From: an uncultured Gammaproteobacteria bacterium
GTDB lineage: Bacteria; Patescibacteriota; Patescibacteriia; UBA11705; JABHMO01
Length of the DNA stretch: 32,113 nucleotides
Reading direction: 5' to 3'
NCBI GenBank assembly: GCA_964486065.1
Contig: CAZAKN010000007.1
Span: forward strand, 1-32,113
Part shown: one piece after another, positions 18,001-26,330 of the stretch
How positions within the stretch are numbered: position 1 is the first letter of the stretch
How the letters are laid out: the number at the start of each line of letters is the position of its first letter
Notes under the pieces: generated by a model
What the model saw: only the letters and a program-made list of their open reading frames with translations
Told to the model about the DNA's origin: nothing
The model's database searches: none
Made by a program: the position numbers and the translations under genes

Positions 18001-21000
18001 ACAAACCATCGCCAATACCATCGCAAGGCGAATTGTCCGCGGGCGCGCTTCCATTATTATGAATTTCAGAATTACAAATCGTTTCCCTGTCATAACAAGT
18101 TTCAATCAAATTATCACCAAAATCACGACAATAGAACAAACCGATATTGTATTCCATTTCCCGCAAATAAGTCGGCTGTTCTTCCCCTTGATTGGTGGTA
18201 ATATCTCTCATGATAAATTTATTTTTATTATCTCCTCCCGGCGTGTATCTGTAGTCTTGCGCTATAGCACCATCCCATTCGCCATCAGCGGAATTATATT
18301 CAAACCAAGGATTATCACAAATCATCACTTCAACTTGTCCGCTTCCTTCATGTCGCTTGCCAACCGTGCTTCCGGTTTGTTCTCCGCCGATGGAGGCATT
18401 ATCCGCGGTAATCACGGCATTGGCGAAAACCAAAGCGATTCCGTCCTTGTCGCCGGTAGTGATCTCGGCCAAGCCTCGTCCGCCGAATCCCGAACCCGAA
18501 TCTTCATCTTCCCCAATATTTGTTACGATGGTCGTGTCATTCGTGTCCCAATGCCATTGCCAATCATAAACATTGGCAATGGAAATCAGTTCATCACCAT
18601 TGCGAGCATAAGCTACGGCTGAGTATGCTTCTTCATGATTTCTATCTATCACGAAATTATCCGATGGATCAACTTTTATTTCGTTTATTTTGCAAATATC
18701 CGCTCCGGTGGTGAATTGCCGCGACAAATTGACTCTATGCTCTTCATCAGCGCACAGATTTTCAATATCATTAAGTTCCACCAAATGCACTTTTTTACCT
18801 TGCAAAGCTTCCAATGGAACAATTCTTAAAACGCTTTGACCTAACTCATTTTCACTCAAATTAAGCCTCGTGGAAACTTCACACCATTCGTTTTCATCGG
18901 CAGCCAAACCGATTTTGAAAAGCAATTTTTTCACGAAAGCCACGGTTTTTTGCCACAAATCTCCCAACCAACTTACCTGATCATCGTAACGAGAATAAAG
19001 CGTTAAAATTTCTTTTTCCGATAACTTTTGATTATAAATCATGAATTCATCTATCAGCCCGTTGTAAGGCTTCATGTAATTAAAAGTACCAATATCCAAT
19101 ATTTGCCCATCCCGAACATCAGCACCCACGGACAAGGTGTCATAATCAGCATAAGGTATTTGGAAATTTTCGCTTCCCAATCTTCTTATTTTTTCACCAT
19201 TTAAATAAAATTTAACCGGCTCAGCTTCATCAGTTAAATCCAAACTCAAAACCGCGTTATGCCATGTATCAAAATCAATACTTGGTTTTGCTCTTTCAAT
19301 GGAGAATGAATCTGAGGCACTTGATTCATAAGCGAAAACAAAATTGAGCGAATTATTGCCGACAGTTGAACCGTAAACGGAAACCAACATTCGCGGATAT
19401 TCATTAGCTGAATTTTGTAAGACAAAAAGATTTTGTATATTATTAATTTTTTCATCATCCAATTTAATCAACATGGAAACAGTCATTGCTTCAGGCGCGA
19501 AATTAAAGTTTTGCAAACTGACGAAACCTTTGCCGGTAAACTTCAAAGCATTGCCGGATTTGCCGGGTTCCTGAGTGGCGCTGACTATTTTGCCGGTTAA
19601 ATTATTACCCATTTCATTTCCACCTTCATCAATATACAAATCACGCGCTTGCACCGCTCCCGCTTGCTCATCAAACTTCCAAGCAATAAAAGGTCGCGGC
19701 AAATAATCAGCCAAACATTGTTCTCCTTCCGCCAATTGGCGATATAAGCCGATATTATCTTGAGTTATGGACTCTTTGTTTACCGCTTTATCAAAAGTTA
19801 CTTTTACCAAAGAATTACGACAAACATTTTCATCGCCTTGATTCGGTTTGGTAGCGTTTTCATTGATTCCGACATTGTCAATAAAACATTGTTCACTGCG
19901 CAAAGTAACGGGAGTATTGGTGTCAACTTCGTTTACTTCGTTAGGTTCCAAACTTTCCGTAACTTCCAAATTGATTTGATCGCTTTTTTCCGAAAATCGG
20001 GTAACCGCGTTCCAGTCCAATTCACTCCATATAATATCCGCCAAACTTTTTATTTCAAATGTTTGATAAGGACTGACCCATCCCTCGCCAAACGGAACGC
20101 CTCCCGATTCACAGCCCTCGTCTTCACCTTGATCCAAATCTCTATCTCCGCAAACCGAACCGTATAAACCGGAAGAACCTTTGTTCAAACAAGTATCCGT
20201 GCAATATTCCGGCAACTCGCAAACACAACCGTCTTCATTTACCGGATCATCGCATGGCATCACGCGTAAACCATCCTCACAGCCTTCATCTATCGGCTTG
20301 CAAGCCACTTGTTTCACGCAATTAACATATTCACATTCTTCATCTTCTTCTCCATCCCAATCATAATCTTCTTTAAAACCATTACCGCAACACGCGCCAT
20401 CCGTTCCGTCGCAACTTGGAAATCCTTGCCATAAACATTTATCCGAACAATAGGGATTATTTTCAATCGCGCATTGATATTCATCATCAAGACAAGTCTC
20501 GTCTCCGTCGGGGTTACACTTTTCAACTCTATGCCAAGCCAAAGCTCCGCTCGCGTCGGTTCTGACCTGACAATCCGATTGTTCCGGACCGCAATTCTCA
20601 TCTTCGCTGTATTTTACGCAAATGGCTTCACATTCTTCACCGGCTTCAATTTCGCCATTACCGCAAATACTCGGCGCTTCACCTACCGCGTCAACTTTAT
20701 AAACCGCGCCTTTGTTCAAACATTTAGAGTCTAGCCAAGCCACTCTATTCCCCTCGGAAGTCAAAACATCAGCATCTTCCCCCGGCTCAAGAACACCGTT
20801 TCCGCATTTATATCCCTCCGTTGTTCCGGCGTTCAAACATTGCCCGGTACAAGCGCTGTTCAAGCCACGACAAACGCATTTGGCATTATCAGCTGAAGGT
20901 TGACATTCATCACCATTACTATCAAGCCAAACACAACCGAAATCACATTCTTCATCTTCAACTCCATCCTCATCATAATCTTCTTTAATACCATTACCGC

Positions 21001-24000
21001 AACAATTCACACCATTTTTCAAATCTTCACAATTGGCAAACGGTTCTTTCAAACAAATATCACTGCAACCGTCGCCATTATCTAAATCATCATCATCGCA
21101 CTCTTCACCGTCTTCTATTTCACCATTACCGCAAACCGCTCCGGGGGGCAAAGAACCTTTATTTAAACAATTATCCGTGCACCAATCAGGATTTTCTTGC
21201 TCCACGGTAACCGCAGTAAAATCTTTTAAAATATCATCTTCATCGGTTATAGACCAACCCCAAGTATAATCTTCATCAAACGGATTTAAAGCTTGTCCGC
21301 TGGCACGGCATTCATCAGGTTCGCTGTATGGCAAAGCCGAATAAGCGATTTTTTCATCATATTCTTGTGTTACATAATCATCAGGCAAAATCTCCAACCT
21401 ATTGATGCGACATTCGGTGTCATCATTTCTGGTTTTAAATATCCAGCTGAAAGCATTGAACCGACCTTGCGCACCGGCTTCATAATCTTCCGCCACACCG
21501 CAAATGCCGTTGTCCGAATAATAAACCTTGTCTGCAAAATCAGATATATCAGATATATCAAAAAAGCTTTGATAAGTGCTCGGATCGTCAACATTAAAAT
21601 TATCCGCGTCAGCAAGCAAATAACACAGCTTTTCATTTATACATTCAAAAATATAAGTATCATCTGCGTACTCCGCACCAAAAGCAAAATTATAACATCG
21701 GAAAGTTTCCGGATCTTGGCAGTTTAATGTTCCGGGTTCAGCTCCGTAACTCGCGAACGCGCCCGCTTCCGTGTCGTAACAACCACACACATAATCCAAT
21801 GCTTTGTAGCCTTCGTTGTTCGGTTCAGCTTCTCCATATCCGCCGGTTAAATCTATTTGATTATCAAAATTATTATCCAAACCGTCAGCGCAATCCCCAT
21901 TATTGCCGGAACCGTGAACATAATTCAAACCGGTTAATTTATCACCACCAAAACTTCGCGCCTCTTCAGTTATAACTACTCGGTAAAATTTATTGGGCAA
22001 TAAATTTTCAGCCGGAGAAATCAATAATTTACTGCTCAGCGGACTACCCCCGTCATAACTATTGTAATCATTAATTACAACTTCATCCAACACATTACAA
22101 TCAACGGATTGACAAGAAAATAATTTCACATTATCCGAAATCAATGTATCTCCATCCATTTGTGTATTAAAATTAGCTCCCACCGCGGCGTTTATACATG
22201 CTTCACGACAATCGGGAAAATAACCGACCACTCGCGGATCCACGAAATTTATATCCAGTTTAGCTCTTTGCGACACATCTATTCCATCAATAGTGGCTCC
22301 CGCTTGAATTATGGCAGGATCATTGGGCGCGGTTTCCGAATAAGACAGCAAACCAAATATTCCGATATCTTTTCTGTCTGCTGAAAAAAAGCTTTTGAAT
22401 TCAAGCTTGTCTTCGTGTCTCGCCACGGTCCAATTCCAATCTTTATCAGCCATGGAAATCATTTCGCATTCCGCTAGTCCCATGACCGTGTAAGCCTGTT
22501 CACCTTCGGGTGTGTCAATCAAACCTCTGGCCGGCGTTATTAACAAAGAAGTCGGTGAACAATCATCCGCTTTGGTACGAAAGCGCCATTTGTAATCAGA
22601 AGTCAAAGGTTGCGATGCCACTCCATCTTCATTTCCTTGACTTTGTATCCCAGGGATCAGATTTCCAGCCTCGTCAAAACGATCAGACAACAATTCAACT
22701 TGGTACCAGCTTTCGGCTGATAAATCATTCCATGTTTCATTTAAAAATATGGCGGTGGCTTGCTCCAATACTTCACATTCGCAACCGCCTTGTCCGTGTT
22801 GTCTTTCACTGCAAGAAGTGCCGTCTTCATAGCGACAATCAACCGCATTGTTTTCAGTGACATCATTTGAATTTGAATCAATCACTCCGGAAAACACAAT
22901 TTCACAACCGGCACCGCATTCATCCAAATCACAAGGTGGTTGACGATTTTCTTGAATCTCATCATCCGTAACGGTAGTATTACATTTTTTAACTATTACA
23001 TTATTGTTAAAACTTGCTTCATCCATCAATGTATTAAAAGTCGCGGAAATAATTCCGTTCGGACAAGCGTTGATTTCATTTTTTCGCGGTGAAACCGACT
23101 GTGTGATATTCAGCTCCGGAATACAATATCTTTCCACCACCCGTGGCACGATCGGCAAAGGTCCGGTGCTTAGAGCCCAAGCAAATTCAGATTCATAACT
23201 CATGGCGCGATCAAAACAAACCTCCTCTTTGGTTTGTCCCGAAGCCGGATCCAAAGCTCGGCAAACTCCATTACCGCAACAGACGCGCCCATCTCCGCAA
23301 TCTTCATCTTCTCCGCAAGATCCCACAGAGAACAAAATTCCGTTACTCCGCTTAAACGGCAATTGATCCGCTCCGGCGCAAATAACATCCGCGTCATCTT
23401 CTTTGCTCATGCCTTGAGGCACGGACAAACATTGACCACTCGGCTGACAACAGATATTTTCTTGCGGACAATAAAGATTTTGTCCCTCTGATATTTGACA
23501 AAGTTTTTGTTGTAAATAAACAGCGCCGGTTTGCGCTCCGGCCGGCACTCTGGCGCCGGCAATGGATTCTTCTTGCCAAGAATAATTGGCATTAAAACTC
23601 TCCACGGCCTGATCATCATCCGTTCCCGACTGTCCGGCGAAAACTATTTCCCACGGCGAAGCGTCATACACTCCGTATTCACCAAAATTAAATCCGGTTA
23701 ACCCGAAAATCGTCTGTTCCGGCCCATTGTCGGGATTTATTGAACAAATACCAGGTGCCGGCAATTCATTATTTATATTTAAAGCAACAGGATCGGATTC
23801 CACGCCCGCGGAATTGATGACTTTTACTTGGAAAGTTTCCGAAGCAACTTTGTCGGGAATATTAATTAAAATTCGCGAATTGGTCCAAGATCCTTCACCG
23901 CAAGTTAATTCTCCTTGCAAAGTTCCTTGTCCTCCCACAAATTCCACTGTTCCCACATTATTACCAAAAGCCGAACCTTGGATAGTGATCAATTGTCCGG

Positions 24001-26305
24001 CCGGCGCCGGTGAAGGTGAAATTTCATCAATTGTCGGCACGGTCTGAATGGTTTGAACTCTGAATCCCACCGGATTACTGTATAAATTTCTGCAATAACA
24101 ATCTTCCTCGGTTTCCGGATCACATAAGTCTCCGCCTTGGCAAAAGCAACCCAATTCTCCTTGATCACAAACTTGCCCCTCTTTACAAGAGCAATCTTCA
24201 GTTCCTTGTTCACATTCTTCACCTTCGGAAGTTTGACAAACCGTCTCCGTTGAACAATTAAGCGGTGTGCGACAAATTTCTCCTTTTTGCACCACCACAT
24301 TTACCATCTGTCCGTCCATGGCCGGCACTTGCGCGCCGGTAATGGTTTCATTGTCCCAATCTCCTCCCGCGCCGATAAGTGATGACATTTGCGCGAAAAA
24401 TATATTATCTTGAACATCTTTATCTTCACCAAAATAAATTCCTTGCAATCTGACCGTGTCATCCAAGGCTTCGCCTTTCATACATTTTTTCAAACAATCC
24501 TGATCATCACCACAGGAGGTAAAACATTCTTCTTCAAAAACACTACACAATCCGGGCGCGAACAAATCTTCATCCAAAATGAAATTGCCCTGCCAACCGC
24601 GATCGTTCAAAGTATCGTCATAACCGAATTCACCTTCAATTTTAATCGGACCGTTGATGGCGGTGTCCGGCACTTGCGCCACAGTCGCGTAATCGCGCCA
24701 AGACAAATTGGCATTACAGCCGAAATCAGCTTCCACGAATACAGGATTGCCCGACTCGTCATAACTTTCGGTAAAATATATTTTACTTATTTGTTCATTA
24801 AATTCGCCGAAATCTCGTCCCGCTACGGTAATTAAACTGCCGGGCGCGGCCGCGCTGGGAGCTATATCCTGAATAGTCGGCCAATCCACGCAAAATCCAA
24901 CCGTTTCTCCCTCGGGGATAAAACATTCAAATTCGCATTCCGCGTCATCCAAACAAGCATCTCCTCCGCAATTCGGGCATCCGGGAACTCCGCAAAGCAT
25001 TTCTTCCCCCGTACAACAATCTTCCGGCCAAACTTTAACGCGGATACTTCTCTCGCCTTCATTACCGTCCAAATCCTCAGCTTGCGCCATTAATTCCGCG
25101 GAACCGGTCGCCACATCTTCATCAATCGTCCAGACGAAAGACGCTTCCATTTGTTCAGGCGTTTCTTCTTCACCTGAACCCTCCAAACCAATCAGCGTTT
25201 CATTATGATACAAAGCAATATTACTGACACCGATATTATCTCTGGCACGCAAAATCACATCCGCCTGAGAATTACGACAAACACTGTCATAATTGGTCAA
25301 ACCGGGTGGCACGAAAGAAACACGAGGCGCTGAATTATCATAAATATTGCCCGTGGCAAAATCTTGCGCGCATTTGGCGCCAACCGGACAAGTTAAAGAT
25401 AAATTATTTCCCGTCGTATCGGTTTCCGTGGATTTTAAAGCACCGGCAAGCAAAGAAACACGATACAAAGAATCCTTGTCAAAACAACGATCCTCTTCGT
25501 TTTCTTCGCAAACCTTAGTCGGCTCAAAAACTATTTTCCGAGCATCATTTTCAAAAGTCAAAGTTCCGTCCACCGCCTCATAACAACGCGCGTCCGCCGA
25601 GCTCCATTCCGCGCTACAATCCGCTTGACCCGCCAAACAAAAACCACTTGTCCAATTGCCGTTTACGGCCAGACAATCTTCTTCGGTTTCCGCTTCCAGA
25701 GTTATGACTTTTTGAATTTTAATCGTGTCCGCGTCCGCGGTGGATTCCAGCACCGGCCGGTTAAACACGATTCTGACTTTTACATTATAAATTTTTTGCT
25801 TACCCGCCGGTGAAATGGAAGTCGCCACAAAATTCTTCTGACCGGACAAACAAAAACTACCGATACATCCGCCGTCACCATCGTCTCCGCCAACAATGCT
25901 TCCTCCCGTGGTCGCGTCGGTTAATCTACTGATAATAAAAGAAGTGATCGCGTATGCCGATAAAATTATCACCAACCCCACAATCGCGCTGATAATATAT
26001 TTTTTGGCTTTGGCCACTTTTTCCTGCTCACCACCGGAAGTCATGTATAAAAACCCGGCGTACAAGATCAAACCTAAAAATATTACGCCTAAAATACCGA
26101 GGAATGCATTAATAATCCGACCGACGATAATCCTCGGATCCGTGGCGCTCAGACCGGTTTGTTCACCCACCTGAGAAACACCCAGATCGCCCAAACCTTC
26201 ACTTTGCGCGAAAACCATTTCCACGCCCGAATTAAAAAAACCAACCATGAAACAAATCATCGCGATCGCGATAAATAAAAATTTTATTTTCTTGAACTCA
26301 ATCAT
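15047..26305 (-). CDS. Giant (3752 aa) multidomain surface protein/adhesin with N-terminal VirB2/TrbC-like pilin domain
   Basis: Signal peptide (VFA|Q); pilin-like two-TM domain (~25925-26150); Ig-like modules (SP...V.I.FN.PV type); IPT/TIG repeats (PTIQDIAP...ITVAGRDFG; PTIDEISP...ITIQGSAFG); Myxococcus-type Cys-rich CGNGxxExGEEC repeats (~20100-21135); two LamG-like domains (~19005-19690, ~17295-17800); CxDGxDNDxxGxxD repeats; GspG-like segment; C-terminal vWA (DLSGS MIDAS, IIVTD). Confidence 0.88.
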   Translation of the reverse strand: MIEFKKIKFLFIAIAMICFMVGFFNSGVEMVFAQSEGLGDLGVSQVGEQTGLSATDPRIIVGRIINAFLGILGVIFLGLILYAGFLYMTSGGEQEKVAKAKKYIISAIVGLVIILSAYAITSFIISRLTDATTGGSIVGGDDGDGGCIGSFCLSGQKNFVATSISPAGKQKIYNVKVRIVFNRPVLESTADADTIKIQKVITLEAETEEDCLAVNGNWTSGFCLAGQADCSAEWSSADARCYEAVDGTLTFENDARKIVFEPTKVCEENEEDRCFDKDSLYRVSLLAGALKSTETDTTGNNLSLTCPVGAKCAQDFATGNIYDNSAPRVSFVPPGLTNYDSVCRNSQADVILRARDNIGVSNIALYHNETLIGLEGSGEEETPEQMEASFVWTIDEDVATGSAELMAQAEDLDGNEGERSIRVKVWPEDCCTGEEMLCGVPGCPNCGGDACLDDAECEFECFIPEGETVGFCVDWPTIQDIAPSAAAPGSLITVAGRDFGEFNEQISKIYFTESYDESGNPVFVEADFGCNANLSWRDYATVAQVPDTAINGPIKIEGEFGYDDTLNDRGWQGNFILDEDLFAPGLCSVFEEECFTSCGDDQDCLKKCMKGEALDDTVRLQGIYFGEDKDVQDNIFFAQMSSLIGAGGDWDNETITGAQVPAMDGQMVNVVVQKGEICRTPLNCSTETVCQTSEGEECEQGTEDCSCKEGQVCDQGELGCFCQGGDLCDPETEEDCYCRNLYSNPVGFRVQTIQTVPTIDEISPSPAPAGQLITIQGSAFGNNVGTVEFVGGQGTLQGELTCGEGSWTNSRILINIPDKVASETFQVKVINSAGVESDPVALNINNELPAPGICSINPDNGPEQTIFGLTGFNFGEYGVYDASPWEIVFAGQSGTDDDQAVESFNANYSWQEESIAGARVPAGAQTGAVYLQQKLCQISEGQNLYCPQENICCQPSGQCLSVPQGMSKEDDADVICAGADQLPFKRSNGILFSVGSCGEDEDCGDGRVCCGNGVCRALDPASGQTKEEVCFDRAMSYESEFAWALSTGPLPIVPRVVERYCIPELNITQSVSPRKNEINACPNGIISATFNTLMDEASFNNNVIVKKCNTTVTDDEIQENRQPPCDLDECGAGCEIVFSGVIDSNSNDVTENNAVDCRYEDGTSCSERQHGQGGCECEVLEQATAIFLNETWNDLSAESWYQVELLSDRFDEAGNLIPGIQSQGNEDGVASQPLTSDYKWRFRTKADDCSPTSLLITPARGLIDTPEGEQAYTVMGLAECEMISMADKDWNWTVARHEDKLEFKSFFSADRKDIGIFGLLSYSETAPNDPAIIQAGATIDGIDVSQRAKLDINFVDPRVVGYFPDCREACINAAVGANFNTQMDGDTLISDNVKLFSCQSVDCNVLDEVVINDYNSYDGGSPLSSKLLISPAENLLPNKFYRVVITEEARSFGGDKLTGLNYVHGSGNNGDCADGLDNNFDNQIDLTGGYGEAEPNNEGYKALDYVCGCYDTEAGAFASYGAEPGTLNCQDPETFRCYNFAFGAEYADDTYIFECINEKLCYLLADADNFNVDDPSTYQSFFDISDISDFADKVYYSDNGICGVAEDYEAGAQGRFNAFSWIFKTRNDDTECRINRLEILPDDYVTQEYDEKIAYSALPYSEPDECRASGQALNPFDEDYTWGWSITDEDDILKDFTAVTVEQENPDWCTDNCLNKGSLPPGAVCGNGEIEDGEECDDDDLDNGDGCSDICLKEPFANCEDLKNGVNCCGNGIKEDYDEDGVEDEECDFGCVWLDSNGDECQPSADNAKCVCRGLNSACTGQCLNAGTTEGYKCGNGVLEPGEDADVLTSEGNRVAWLDSKCLNKGAVYKVDAVGEAPSICGNGEIEAGEECEAICVKYSEDENCGPEQSDCQVRTDASGALAWHRVEKCNPDGDETCLDDEYQCAIENNPYCSDKCLWQGFPSCDGTDGACCGNGFKEDYDWDGEEDEECEYVNCVKQVACKPIDEGCEDGLRVMPCDDPVNEDGCVCELPEYCTDTCLNKGSSGLYGSVCGDRDLDQGEDEGCESGGVPFGEGWVSPYQTFEIKSLADIIWSELDWNAVTRFSEKSDQINLEVTESLEPNEVNEVDTNTPVTLRSEQCFIDNVGINENATKPNQGDENVCRNSLVKVTFDKAVNKESITQDNIGLYRQLAEGEQCLADYLPRPFIAWKFDEQAGAVQARDLYIDEGGNEMGNNLTGKIVSATQEPGKSGNALKFTGKGFVSLQNFNFAPEAMTVSMLIKLDDEKINNIQNLFVLQNSANEYPRMLVSVYGSTVGNNSLNFVFAYESSASDSFSIERAKPSIDFDTWHNAVLSLDLTDEAEPVKFYLNGEKIRRLGSENFQIPYADYDTLSVGADVRDGQILDIGTFNYMKPYNGLIDEFMIYNQKLSEKEILTLYSRYDDQVSWLGDLWQKTVAFVKKLLFKIGLAADENEWCEVSTRLNLSENELGQSVLRIVPLEALQGKKVHLVELNDIENLCADEEHRVNLSRQFTTGADICKINEIKVDPSDNFVIDRNHEEAYSAVAYARNGDELISIANVYDWQWHWDTNDTTIVTNIGEDEDSGSGFGGRGLAEITTGDKDGIALVFANAVITADNASIGGEQTGSTVGKRHEGSGQVEVMICDNPWFEYNSADGEWDGAIAQDYRYTPGGDNKNKFIMRDITTNQGEEQPTYLREMEYNIGLFYCRDFGDNLIETCYDRETICNSEIHNNGSAPADNSPCDGIGDGLCRPVYVCQDGVTLCDPSTDYDLYNKPKEDSPCLGIGNEMCAPYGLHDDLPKLALKSASFYELEGGTRSGIYFDKNFDYVKIPDLANFDMGSQGWSLDAWVLNVNTPEDRYARLFYKNFPGGNVQIALRKAGNSNEAIVVVGMKRGDEEKVFHSDGHRLGKIPFGFNRIKVTYYPEGFEGDPNYLFEVTINSRSFRMNPLVTNLYDWSGDNAYYIGGMGQTNIPNTSLNGYVDELILRKHVSGTNTYRQFFKVNFDNNYNVSGISEPAVTHCTAEDSNSSCDNIRGTENNTPVGDFEFVDLGTLAEALGLSEEATATSGQDRANQCNDGEDNDFNGLIDLDDPKCKEIGDPWEEPALLAQYFFTRDDEYSRASARQNDEALDAVSLRVYENPEFLPPEVWYSRYAPNVSGSPSSFEADCLEDRYGRYCYQGIQDGTSTYIAATNLYSDGEVNNVYNNIYLLGYSQDGNSATGNIVSQLVQFMKFNLNLSDGDNEIIKKDKLIRNTQRVSDMVMLRYYLDLYKKSHNDEVPLLQGGTYSRGDTFSIWPSWQNELGSALGTLLPLDPYNHLQWNSPGLDGPDSAYAGELCGQDQDGQTLRCSVGNQCVVPGHECVACSRPFDKSTCYDAGFYNRDETEREDKPFAPIYNHPEENYVYYYTSNVTDSYRLGYRLSAKFEPPTDEIEEEVDYQVFPNLDNVLSEAIVYDSTPAFENGLPICMNGVDDDNDGQIDYPKDPGCSNSYDNTEGDNFINLSEPTLFAFFLDLSGSMGPGNSDKFNNDLNNFQKTFIEEIAEKADEIIDNNNTFFSVYGGTSDPIKDSPVNNAYYTKPTKFFDDATEVKELLDSLYSLPDNRWYRGGGPMPKWINEYFFQVAEEINDYQNIIYIIVTDAADNPNDDDGEGWEYQNSDMEKVALQLEAGKKARVNLIFINKSGTNPYQNFYQAYTTDYSDNEDFHGIYQQGSADTLEELMPQLVNAILGNVIEGY

Positions 26306-26330
26306 TCACTTTTAAACTATATGAACTTTT

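Noticed and set aside
15047-26305. Diversity-generating retroelement target or polymorphic toxin
   Set aside because: No reverse transcriptase, template/variable repeat pair, toxin motif or immunity gene is visible in the window.
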